Assembly: GCA_019423565.1 (NCBI GenBank)
Contig: JAHZBE010000002.1
Coordinates: forward strand, 83,692 to 147,691
Source of the DNA: a bacterium
GTDB lineage: Bacteria; Bacillota_I; Bacilli_A; RF39; UBA660
DNA length: 64,000 bases
Direction: 5' to 3'
Shown: positions 10,075-18,034 of the stretch, one piece after another
Numbering within the stretch: the stretch's first letter is position 1
Layout: the number at the start of each line of letters is the position of its first letter
Program-made: the position numbers and the translations under genes
The notes under the pieces: generated by a model
Database searches by the model: none
What the model was told of the DNA's origin: nothing
The model's input: only the letters and a program-made list of their open reading frames with translations

Positions 10075-10659
10075 TTATTTTTTATAAAAATGAAAATCAC
10101 AACAGTCTCCGCCATAACCTAATGTTGTTGTTCTTTTAAATCCAATTTTCTTAAGTCCACCATATGTTACATCATCTACATCGCAAAAAAGACAACACAA
10201 CTTTTCACAATCATTTTCTACACAAGCTGTATGCCAAAGACATTTTTTCATTGTAACATCAAAAGAATTCTTGTCGTGACTTTGTTCACTTTCCCATAAA
10301 TCAGTTTTTCGTACAACTTTAAGAAATATTTTGCTATAAATTGAATAAAAGCATGGTACTTTTTCCATTTTTACCATAGATAAATGTTTTTGTTTAGCAA
10401 CTATATCAATCATATATTTTTTCATATATTTATATATTTCATCATTTGCTAAATCACTTTTTAACATTGCTTTGTATAATGCTATGCGAGGAAGAATTGT
10501 TTGAACTAATGTCTTAATTTGATTTTCAGATTTATTCTTTGTATTTTTAATAAGTTCATCAAGCATTTTCTCTTGCTTATCAAATAATACATTACCTTTA
10601 TCTAAACCAAATTCTTCTATTAGATATTTCCTTATTTGTTTTTGCTGTTTTATTTTCAT
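10075..10659 (-). CDS. Cys-rich protein resembling the L-2-amino-thiazoline-4-carboxylate hydrolase family
   Basis: 194 aa. The C-terminal Cys cluster (CLWHTACVENDCEKLCCLFCDVDD...GGDCCDFHF) is typical of that family as I recall it. Confidence 0.45.
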   Translation of the reverse strand: MKIKQQKQIRKYLIEEFGLDKGNVLFDKQEKMLDELIKNTKNKSENQIKTLVQTILPRIALYKAMLKSDLANDEIYKYMKKYMIDIVAKQKHLSMVKMEKVPCFYSIYSKIFLKVVRKTDLWESEQSHDKNSFDVTMKKCLWHTACVENDCEKLCCLFCDVDDVTYGGLKKIGFKRTTTLGYGGDCCDFHFYKK

Positions 10660-10802
10660 AATTATAATACCTCCATAATAACTATTTACTTCTACATAAA
10701 TATTATAACACGCTCTTAAAGCATAGTATGAAATGAGTTAAACTAATTAATATGCTTTTATTATTTAAAACACTTTAATACAACTCCATTTGTGTATCAT
10801 AT

Positions 10803-11452
10803 TTATTTTTTTAGTACTTTTTTCTTACTATTTTCTTTTCTTAATACTTCATAATTGCCTGTTTTACTATAAACTTTATATCCATGATTTATTCTCCATG
10901 CTTTTCTTTCTTCGGCAGGCATTTGATACACTTCTTCTGCTATATCAATATGTAATATACCATCTAAATGATCAATTTCATGTGATAATACAGTTGATTC
11001 AAATCCTCAAAAGCTTCTTGTTTTTTAGTACCTTCAACATCATAATATTCTAATTCTATTTTGTAAGGTCTTAAAACTCTTCCAAAATTATCTAGACAAC
11101 TAGCACATGCTTCCCAATAATCAGTTAATCCTTCTCTTTTTGTTATAACAGGATTTATTAATACTTTTGCTTCATTATAATTTTTTTCTTCTTCACTTAC
11201 AGTATTAGCTTGCATCTTATTTATAATATCTAAATTAGTATTTTTTAAATATATCATCCTTTTAGGTATACCAAGTTGAACAGCAGCCATTGCCATTACT
11301 GCATTTTCTTTACAATACTCATCTAATACACTTATATCGTTCATTAATTCTTTATCATTTTTAATATCAACTTCTTTTGATATTTGTCTTAAATATTCTT
11401 CATTATCCCCTATTGTAATTGATTCTATTTTTTTCATTTTTATTTCCTCCAC
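10803..11452 (-). pseudogene. def: Peptide deformylase, frameshifted
   Basis: ORF 10964-11452 carries the first two PDF motifs (AMAAVQLGIP; EACASC) but ends before the metal-binding motif. HEIDHLDG is encoded in the adjacent frame (10959-10982), which stays open to the stop at 10803-10805. The frames meet at the CC at 11005-11006 (AFE|GFESTVLSHEIDHLDG). Confidence 0.75.
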
Positions 11453-11510
11453 ATCATTATCTTATTATTACACATATGCCTATCAATAGCAAAAAAACAA
11501 CTATTTCTAG

Positions 11511-11945
11511 TTATTTTTCTTCTACTGCTTTAAACCCACAATCTAAACTTACTTGTACATTATAATTATTTTTACCATATGGACTAGTTGGATAAACAAT
11601 TACCATAGTATTTGTTTTATCACAAGACTTATCTCCATTTTTAAAATTCTTTATCTTATTAGAAAAATCTTCACTATATTTTTCAAGTTCAGTCAAATTA
11701 AATTTTAAACCAATTGTTTCATATTTTTGTAAAAATTCCTTTGTTTCATCTAAGTTTTTACCACTTGAAACTGATGGATAGTAATAACTCATATATATTT
11801 CATTACCCATATTTGTTAAATCATTTACTATTTTTTCTTCTTTTGAAAGTCTTAAGTCCTTAGTAAAGAACCATATTAATAATCCAACTACTATTAATAA
11901 AATTAATAATAAAATAACAAATAATATTTTTTTACTCTTTTTCAT
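11511..11945 (-). CDS. Membrane-anchored hypothetical protein
   Basis: 144 aa with an N-terminal TM helix. No motif recognised. Confidence 0.5.
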   Translation of the reverse strand: MKKSKKILFVILLLILLIVVGLLIWFFTKDLRLSKEEKIVNDLTNMGNEIYMSYYYPSVSSGKNLDETKEFLQKYETIGLKFNLTELEKYSEDFSNKIKNFKNGDKSCDKTNTMVIVYPTSPYGKNNYNVQVSLDCGFKAVEEK

Positions 11946-11954
11946 TTTATTCTC

Positions 11955-12461
11955 CTATTCAATTATAAAGTCTTCACTTTTATGAGGTTCTTTAAATAAT
12001 AAACCTTCATAATTTTGTTGCCTTAATACTTCATATATTACAATTGCTGCACAATTTGATAAATTAAGCGCTCTTACTTTATCTGTCATTGGTATTCTCA
12101 TACATCTATCTAAATCTTCTCTTAATATTTCTTTTGGAATACCTGTACTTTCTTTTCCAAATATTAAGTATATATCTTCTTTAGTATTAGAGTAATCAAA
12201 TGAAGTATGAGGCTTTTTACCATATCTTGTAAAATAATAATATGTTCCTTTGTTTTTTGATTTAAAATCTTCAAAATTTTCATATACTTCATAGTTTAAA
12301 TTTTCTATATAATTTACGGCACTTCTTTTTAAATGACTTTCATCTAAAGAAAAACCTAATGGTTTAATCAAATGTAATTTAGTATTAGTTGCGACGCATG
12401 TTCTCATTATATTTCCTGTATTACCAGGTATTTCTGGCTGATACAAAACTATATTATTCAT
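11955..12461 (-). CDS. trmL: tRNA (cytidine/uridine-34 2'-O)-methyltransferase, SpoU/TrmL type
   Basis: 168 aa. IVLYQPEIPGNTGNIMRTC...KPLGF, with a C-terminal SPOUT knot region (IPMTDKVRALNLSNCAAIVIYE). Confidence 0.8.
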   Translation of the reverse strand: MNNIVLYQPEIPGNTGNIMRTCVATNTKLHLIKPLGFSLDESHLKRSAVNYIENLNYEVYENFEDFKSKNKGTYYYFTRYGKKPHTSFDYSNTKEDIYLIFGKESTGIPKEILREDLDRCMRIPMTDKVRALNLSNCAAIVIYEVLRQQNYEGLLFKEPHKSEDFIIE

Positions 12462-12462
12462 A

Positions 12463-13002
12463 TTAGTAATTTTCTTTTAATTCTTCGAAATAACTTTGTG
12501 GATGAGCACATACTGGGCAAACTTTTGGAGCTTCATCTCCTACATAAACATATCCGCAGTTACGACAAATCCAAACTGTTTCTTCTCCCTTTTTAAATAC
12601 TAAATCATCTTCTATATTACCAATTAATTTCATATATCTTTCTTCATGTCTTTTTTCTATTTTTCCAACTTCTTCAAATAGTTTTGCAATTCTATCAAAA
12701 CCTTCTTCTTTTGCTTCTTTTGCGAATGTAGCATACATATCTGTCCATTCATAGTTTTCACCTGCTGCGGCATCTTTTAAATTTTCTATTGTACTTGGAA
12801 CGCTTCCATTATGTAATTCTTTAAACCATATTTTAGCGTGTTCTTTTTCATTACCTGCAGTTTCTTCAAATATTGCTGCTATTTGTTCATATCCTTCTTT
12901 TTTTGCTTTTGAAGCATAGTATGTATATTTATTTCTTGCCTGACTTTCTCCTGCGAAAGCTGCAAGTAAATTTGCTTCTGTTTTACTTCCTTTTAATTCC
13001 AT
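12463..13002 (-). CDS. rbr: Rubrerythrin
   Basis: 179 aa. Ferritin-like EXXH pairs (NEKEHAKIW; IEKRHEERY) plus a C-terminal rubredoxin CxxC...CxxC (CRNCGY...CPVCAHP). Confidence 0.9.
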   Translation of the reverse strand: MELKGSKTEANLLAAFAGESQARNKYTYYASKAKKEGYEQIAAIFEETAGNEKEHAKIWFKELHNGSVPSTIENLKDAAAGENYEWTDMYATFAKEAKEEGFDRIAKLFEEVGKIEKRHEERYMKLIGNIEDDLVFKKGEETVWICRNCGYVYVGDEAPKVCPVCAHPQSYFEELKENY

Positions 13003-13062
13003 AATTTTCTACCTCTCTTTCACAAATAATTATACAATATTTTTTTATTTTTTTCTATCTAT

Positions 13063-13620
13063 TTATCTTAAAATTTCTACATTATCTCCTGTAAATAATT
13101 TATATTCTTTTGAATCTACTGTATCAATATGAAGTTCTGGATAATCACCTATACTTATTTTTATATGTACATTATCAATAATAGTATTATCACTTAGTTT
13201 AACACTAACAATATCATCATTTTTAAAGCCTTCTTTTTCTGATATTACTTTAGTCATATGAATATGTCTATTTGATAATATTACACATTTTCTTTTTATT
13301 GAACTTTTTTCTGATTCAATAATTATTTCTTCAGCGTTAGTTAAATCTCCTGAATTTCTATATGGAGGATTAATACCTAATACTCTCGCATCTTCTTTTG
13401 ATATTTCTACTTGTGTATATGTTCTTTCTGGTCCAATTACTCTTACATTTTCTATTTTTTTATCACCATTTATTAAATTAACTGTTTCATAGCATGCATA
13501 ATTATTATCTTGTGATAATCTTCTTTTTTCTCTTAAAATATAATCGTCACCAAATAAAATATTTTTATCTTCTATACTTAAGTGTATATGTCTATTTGAT
13601 ACACCAACTTTTACTTTCAT
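13063..13620 (-). CDS. pduL: Phosphate propanoyl/acetyl-transferase PduL
   Basis: 185 aa with duplicated PduL repeats (VGVSNRHIHLS and ILSNRHIHMT). Confidence 0.8.
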   Translation of the reverse strand: MKVKVGVSNRHIHLSIEDKNILFGDDYILREKRRLSQDNNYACYETVNLINGDKKIENVRVIGPERTYTQVEISKEDARVLGINPPYRNSGDLTNAEEIIIESEKSSIKRKCVILSNRHIHMTKVISEKEGFKNDDIVSVKLSDNTIIDNVHIKISIGDYPELHIDTVDSKEYKLFTGDNVEILR

Positions 13621-13688
13621 ATATGTCCTCCTAATATAATTATATACGAATATTTTACTTTTTCAAATAATATAATTTTGTAGAAAGG

Positions 13689-14063
13689 ATGAATTTTATG
13701 AATAATAATGGATATTATACTGGTTATCAAAATACAAATATAGGAACTAGTTCTGGTTATCCTAATCAACAATATGCTCCAACAGTTGGTACAACAGAAT
13801 TTCCTATGGAACAATCTTATGTTGAAAACATTTTAAGATTAAATAAAGGAAAATATGGCAAATTTTATGTATCATTCCCAGATTCAATTGAATGGAAAGA
13901 TAAAATATTTACAGGTGTTGTTGAACAAGCAGGAAGAGATCATTTAATAATAAGTGATCCATCTACTGGAAAATGGTATCTTATATTAATGATTTATTTA
14001 AATTATGTTGAGTTTGAAGAGAATATTAATTATAGTCCTGATTTTACTTTAAAAGGATTGTAA
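13689..14063 (+). CDS. gerQ: Spore coat protein GerQ-like
   Basis: 124 aa. Q/N/Y/G-rich N-terminus followed by SYVENILRLNKGKYGKFYVSFPDS...GVVEQAGRDHLIISDP, typical of GerQ/YwdL. Confidence 0.6.
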   Translation: MNFMNNNGYYTGYQNTNIGTSSGYPNQQYAPTVGTTEFPMEQSYVENILRLNKGKYGKFYVSFPDSIEWKDKIFTGVVEQAGRDHLIISDPSTGKWYLILMIYLNYVEFEENINYSPDFTLKGL

Positions 14064-14110
14064 TATTCTTTTTATTTTGCTATAATTTTTTTATAGTAGA
14101 AGGTGAATAT

Positions 14111-14656
14111 ATGAAAGCAAGTGTTATTATTTTAATTATAATTGTAGTTATTTTTTTACTATTTATTGCTTTTAGCATTATATATAATAAATTTCAAGAT
14201 TACATTATAAGAATTAATGAAGTTGAAGGAAAAATTGATGAAGCAATTAGAGAAAAGTTTGATATTATTATTAAATTAAACAATATTATAAAGGAAAAAA
14301 TAAAAACTAAGAAAGTATTAGTTGATGATATTTCTAAGTTAAAAGATAAAAAGATAAGTAGTTTTGAAATTGATAGAAAATTAGTTGAGGCACTTAATAA
14401 AATTAACTTTGTTAAAAGTCAATATACTGAACTTGAAACTGATGAAGATGTTATTAAATTAACTTATGATATTGAAGATATTGATGAATCACTTAGAGCT
14501 TTTAAAAAATTCTATAATGAAACTATTGTATTTTATAATAAACTAATTAGAAAGTTTCCTTATAATATAATGGGAAAAATACTTAAATATAAAGAAAAAA
14601 CATTCTTTGATGGCAAAGATATGAATGATGATGATATAAAAGATTTTAAACTATAA
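14111..14656 (+). CDS. lemA: LemA-family membrane protein
   Basis: 181 aa. N-terminal TM and a C-terminal FYNETIVFYNKLIRKFPYNIMG motif characteristic of LemA. Confidence 0.65.
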   Translation: MKASVIILIIIVVIFLLFIAFSIIYNKFQDYIIRINEVEGKIDEAIREKFDIIIKLNNIIKEKIKTKKVLVDDISKLKDKKISSFEIDRKLVEALNKINFVKSQYTELETDEDVIKLTYDIEDIDESLRAFKKFYNETIVFYNKLIRKFPYNIMGKILKYKEKTFFDGKDMNDDDIKDFKL

Positions 14657-14667
14657 AATTAACAGTA

Positions 14668-14694
14668 TAAAAACTCTCACATTGAGAGTTTTTA
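14668..14694. terminator. Bidirectional terminator between convergent lemA and rmuC
   Basis: 9-bp stem AAACTCTCA/TGAGAGTTT (14671-14679 / 14683-14691) flanked by an A-run and a T-run. Confidence 0.7.
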
Positions 14695-15762
14695 TTATTC
14701 TATTAAATTCGTATCATCTAATTCTACACTATTAATACTGTTAAATCTTTTAGTTATTTTATCAGTTGTAGTATGTATATCTTCAACATCTTTACTAACT
14801 GTCTGAATACTTCTAGAAAGCTTGTCCCATCTATCTTTATATCTACTAAATTCTACAGATAATTTAACAAGTTCTTCTCTTATTACTTTAGCATATTTAT
14901 CTCTTTCAGCATTCTTAATAATTACTTCAATTGTAGTAAGAGTACTCATTAATGTTGTTGGAGAAGTTATCCACACTCTTTTTTTATAAGCATATTCAAT
15001 TATATCACTATGATATGCATTAAGTTCTGCAAATATTGCTTCTGCTGGTAAAAACATTATTGCTTGGTCACTTGTTACGCCTTCTATAATATATTTATTT
15101 GCTATCGCATCAATATGTTTTTTAACATCACTTTTAAATAATTTAGCGGCTGTTTCCCTATCAGAAACGCTATATCTTTTGTCAACCATTATCCTGTAAT
15201 GCTCAAGTGGAAACTTAGAATCTATTCCAACGAGTCCAAGTGGTTCTGGTGCGAATAACGCAGCATCTACTATTGTACTATTTGGAAGAGTATATTGTAA
15301 ACGATATATCTTATCATTCTTTTCTCCAAATACACTTGTTAATATATGTTTTAAATTTACTTCACCATATATACCTCTACTCTTTTTATCAGTTAATATT
15401 CCTTGAAGAGAAACTATATCATTAGATAAAGTATCTATTTTCTTTTGTGCTTCATCTATTTTACTTAATCTTTCAAGTACCGATGTAAATGTTTTATTAG
15501 TTTTTTCAAAATTTTCATCTAATCTTTCATTTACTTTATCATTTATCATGTTTAATCTTAGCTCTATCTTATCATTTAATGCATTAATATCTTCATTAAG
15601 ATTTTTATTAATATCATTTTTAAAATCATAAAGATCTCTTGTTACATTATTTTCAAGTTTACCTAGTCTTTCAGTAATATTTCCTTCATTAATATTTTTA
15701 AATAAACTTATTGTTACAAGTATAACAAGTAAAATAAGTATTCCAATTATTATATATTCCAT
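14695..15762 (-). CDS. rmuC: DNA recombination protein RmuC
   Basis: 355 aa. N-terminal TM, coiled-coil region and the conserved C-terminal RmuC nuclease-like region (...VDAALFAPEPLGLVGIDSKFPLEHY...AIMFLPAEAIF...). Confidence 0.8.
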   Translation of the reverse strand: MEYIIIGILILLVILVTISLFKNINEGNITERLGKLENNVTRDLYDFKNDINKNLNEDINALNDKIELRLNMINDKVNERLDENFEKTNKTFTSVLERLSKIDEAQKKIDTLSNDIVSLQGILTDKKSRGIYGEVNLKHILTSVFGEKNDKIYRLQYTLPNSTIVDAALFAPEPLGLVGIDSKFPLEHYRIMVDKRYSVSDRETAAKLFKSDVKKHIDAIANKYIIEGVTSDQAIMFLPAEAIFAELNAYHSDIIEYAYKKRVWITSPTTLMSTLTTIEVIIKNAERDKYAKVIREELVKLSVEFSRYKDRWDKLSRSIQTVSKDVEDIHTTTDKITKRFNSINSVELDDTNLIE

Positions 15763-15774
15763 ATCTCGTACCTC

Positions 15775-16341
15775 CTATTTTATAAATTTATTTGCAAGCT
15801 TGCTTACTAAATACGCAATTAAAACCATAAATACAACCTGTACAATTGTATATGGATCTGTTATACTTTCAAGTAAGCTTTTACCTATAAATCCCCAAAA
15901 ATATACCATTGGTAATTTACCTATCATGAGTGCTGAAAAATATTTTTTAGCATCTATATCAGTTAAACCAGCTGCTATATTAACCGCAAATGCTGGTGTA
16001 AATGGTAAAGCAATTAATATAACTAAATTACTGTATGATAATTTATTAATATACTTTTTAAATTTTTTAACATTTTCATTTTTACCATATTTCTTTTCAA
16101 ATTTATCTCTTAATTTTCTGCATAAAGTGAATGAAATCATGCATCCAATTACAGTTGCTATCCATGATATTAAAAAACCAAAAAGACTACCAAATGTCAT
16201 TATATTAAGTGCTATAAAAACTGCTAGTGGAAGAATTGGAATTATTGATTCTAATATTATAAGTAAGAAACCTGATATAAATCCCATACTTCCCATTAAT
16301 CCAGTTATTTTATCTATTAATTCTGTTATAATTGTCTCCAT
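15775..16341 (-). CDS. TVP38/TMEM64 (DedA-related) family membrane protein
   Basis: 188 aa, polytopic. The LPFTPAFAVNIAAGL motif is typical of the family. Confidence 0.7.
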   Translation of the reverse strand: METIITELIDKITGLMGSMGFISGFLLIILESIIPILPLAVFIALNIMTFGSLFGFLISWIATVIGCMISFTLCRKLRDKFEKKYGKNENVKKFKKYINKLSYSNLVILIALPFTPAFAVNIAAGLTDIDAKKYFSALMIGKLPMVYFWGFIGKSLLESITDPYTIVQVVFMVLIAYLVSKLANKFIK

Positions 16342-16413
16342 TTTTATCCTCCATTAATATTATAAACCATTTTATTCATAAAAAAAATAAGTTTTTCAAA
16401 CTAAACTTATTTT

Positions 16414-16683
16414 TTAAATAAATCCTTCATATCCATCTATTACATTTACCACGTTATATCCCATTACTTCTAAGAACTTACAACATCTTTTACTTTTAAA
16501 ACCTTCTGTACAATATATATAATATGTTTCATTTTTATCTAAATACATATGCGGCATATCAGTTAAATTATTCATATCAATATTTTTAGCATTGTATATG
16601 TGTCCTTTCATATATGCACCTTTAGTTCTTAAATCAATTATGTTATACTCTTTTTTTAAATCACATGCTTTTATATTTTTCAT
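16414..16683 (-). CDS. Rhodanese-like domain protein
   Basis: 89 aa, single rhodanese fold with active-site-loop Cys (YIYCTEGFKSKR). Confidence 0.7.
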   Translation of the reverse strand: MKNIKACDLKKEYNIIDLRTKGAYMKGHIYNAKNIDMNNLTDMPHMYLDKNETYYIYCTEGFKSKRCCKFLEVMGYNVVNVIDGYEGFI

Positions 16684-16750
16684 ATTTTCACCAGTCCACT
16701 ATATAATATGAAAAAAATTATTTACTCGTCACTATAATAGCCTAATACAA

Positions 16751-16836
16751 AAAAATGCACAAAATATTCAAAATATTGTGCATTTTCACTTTTTTTAAAC
16801 CCTATTTTGCACAATCATTGTGCATTTTTTATTCTT
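16751..16836. repeat. Direct repeat copy 1 (3' flank of fic): imperfect 27-bp palindrome + perfect 17-bp palindrome + stop codon
   Basis: 16756-16782 is TGCACAAAATATTCAAAATATTGTGCA. 16808-16824 is TGCACAATCATTGTGCA, followed by TTTT and the stop. It aligns without gaps to 17949-18034 at an offset of 1198 bp, with about 14 mismatches in 86 positions by eye. Confidence 0.85.
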
Positions 16837-17911
16837 TTCCCACAAATACATTATATATTTCACTATATCGATATGCAAGTTTAGCATAATTATCATCAAT
16901 TTCTAATATACCTATTTTTACAAGTTCATCAATTAAAGTCGAAACTGTATTTCTTGATACACCAGATTCTTCCTCTATTTCTTTTTTTGTAAATACAATT
17001 TGATGGATTAATGATGGCATAATTCTATAAACCGCATTACTATTTAGTGTTTTAATTTTTTGCATATCTTTATTATATATTTCTTTAATCCTATTTATTT
17101 TAGCAATATAATTATTACACTGTTCAATAACACATTGTAAAAAGAATTTAATAAATCCAGACATATTACCCTTTCTGCTTTCATTTAAATATTTATGATA
17201 ACTTGGTTTATATAGTTCAATTACTTCTGATAAGAAAAGTATTGGTTTGTCATCCGTTAGCATTGCAAGTTGTATTGGAATAAGAGCTCTACCTAATCTT
17301 CCATTTCCATCTCTATATGCATGTATCGTTTCAAACTGTGAATGAGAAATAGCCATATTTACAAATATTGGATCAATAAACTCATCATTCATATATTTAA
17401 ATAAATTATCTAAAAGAAGCGGAACATCCTCTGGAATAGGTGGAACATAGATGGCTTCTTTAATTGTACAACCTCTTGGACCAATCCAATTTTGAATATT
17501 TCTGATTTTTCCAGGTTCTTTATTTTGACCTCTAACGCTATCTAGTAATATTTTATGAATACTATTTACAAAAACTAAATCTATTTTTTTATTTTTTTTA
17601 ATATAATTTTCAGAATATTCAATTACTTCTTTTAAATTTTGTATCTCACTTTTTTCATCATTATTTGGCATATATTTTATATAATACATATCATCCTGAG
17701 AAATTTGTGTACCCTCAATTTGCGTAGATTTTAAACTTTCACTTAAAATGATTGAATCTAAAAAATATTTTGAATCAAAATCAATGTTTTTTAAATATGT
17801 TTTATACTCTCCATATTTTTCATTTGCTTCAGACAATAATTTTAATAATTCTTTATCAATTTTATATTCAATTGGTAACTCTTTTACTTTAATTGGTTCC
17901 ATTTCCATCAC
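16829..17911 (-). CDS. fic: Fic-family protein (AMPylase-type) with autoinhibitory helix and C-terminal winged-HTH
   Basis: 360 aa. Canonical Fic motif HAYRDGNGRLGR (encoded about 17290-17325). N-terminal inhibitory motif S-T-Q-I-E-G, matching [S/T]xxxE[G/N]. C-terminal HTH-like segment (SGVSRNTVSTLIDELVKIGILE). The true start may be the ATG at 17902. Confidence 0.85.
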   Translation of the reverse strand: MMEMEPIKVKELPIEYKIDKELLKLLSEANEKYGEYKTYLKNIDFDSKYFLDSIILSESLKSTQIEGTQISQDDMYYIKYMPNNDEKSEIQNLKEVIEYSENYIKKNKKIDLVFVNSIHKILLDSVRGQNKEPGKIRNIQNWIGPRGCTIKEAIYVPPIPEDVPLLLDNLFKYMNDEFIDPIFVNMAISHSQFETIHAYRDGNGRLGRALIPIQLAMLTDDKPILFLSEVIELYKPSYHKYLNESRKGNMSGFIKFFLQCVIEQCNNYIAKINRIKEIYNKDMQKIKTLNSNAVYRIMPSLIHQIVFTKKEIEEESGVSRNTVSTLIDELVKIGILEIDDNYAKLAYRYSEIYNVFVGKE

Positions 17912-17948
17912 CTACAGTGATATTAACATTTTTTTCTTCAAAAGTAAA

Positions 17949-18034
17949 GAAAATGCACAATATTTGCGATATTTTGTGCATTTTTACCTTTTTTAGACAT
18001 TGTTTTGCACAATGATTGTGCATTTTTTATTCTT
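17949..18034. repeat. Direct repeat copy 2 (between the virD4-like stop and the fic start)
   Basis: 17954-17980 is TGCACAATATTTGCGATATTTTGTGCA. 18006-18022 is TGCACAATGATTGTGCA, followed by TTTT and the stop. Internal spacing (25 nt) is the same as in copy 1. Confidence 0.85.

Noticed and set aside
10790-11053. 87-aa plus-strand ORF.
   Set aside because: It is antisense to the def C-terminal region. Inspecting it is what revealed the def frameshift, but the ORF itself has no coding signals.
13617-13814. 65-aa minus-strand ORF overlapping the gerQ start.
   Set aside because: It overlaps the divergent pduL/gerQ promoter region and the well-supported gerQ-like gene. It has no RBS and an implausible composition.
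15800-16357. 185-aa plus-strand ORF.
   Set aside because: It is entirely antisense to the TVP38/TMEM64-family gene, which has a coherent membrane topology and family motif. The antisense ORF has no RBS or motif.
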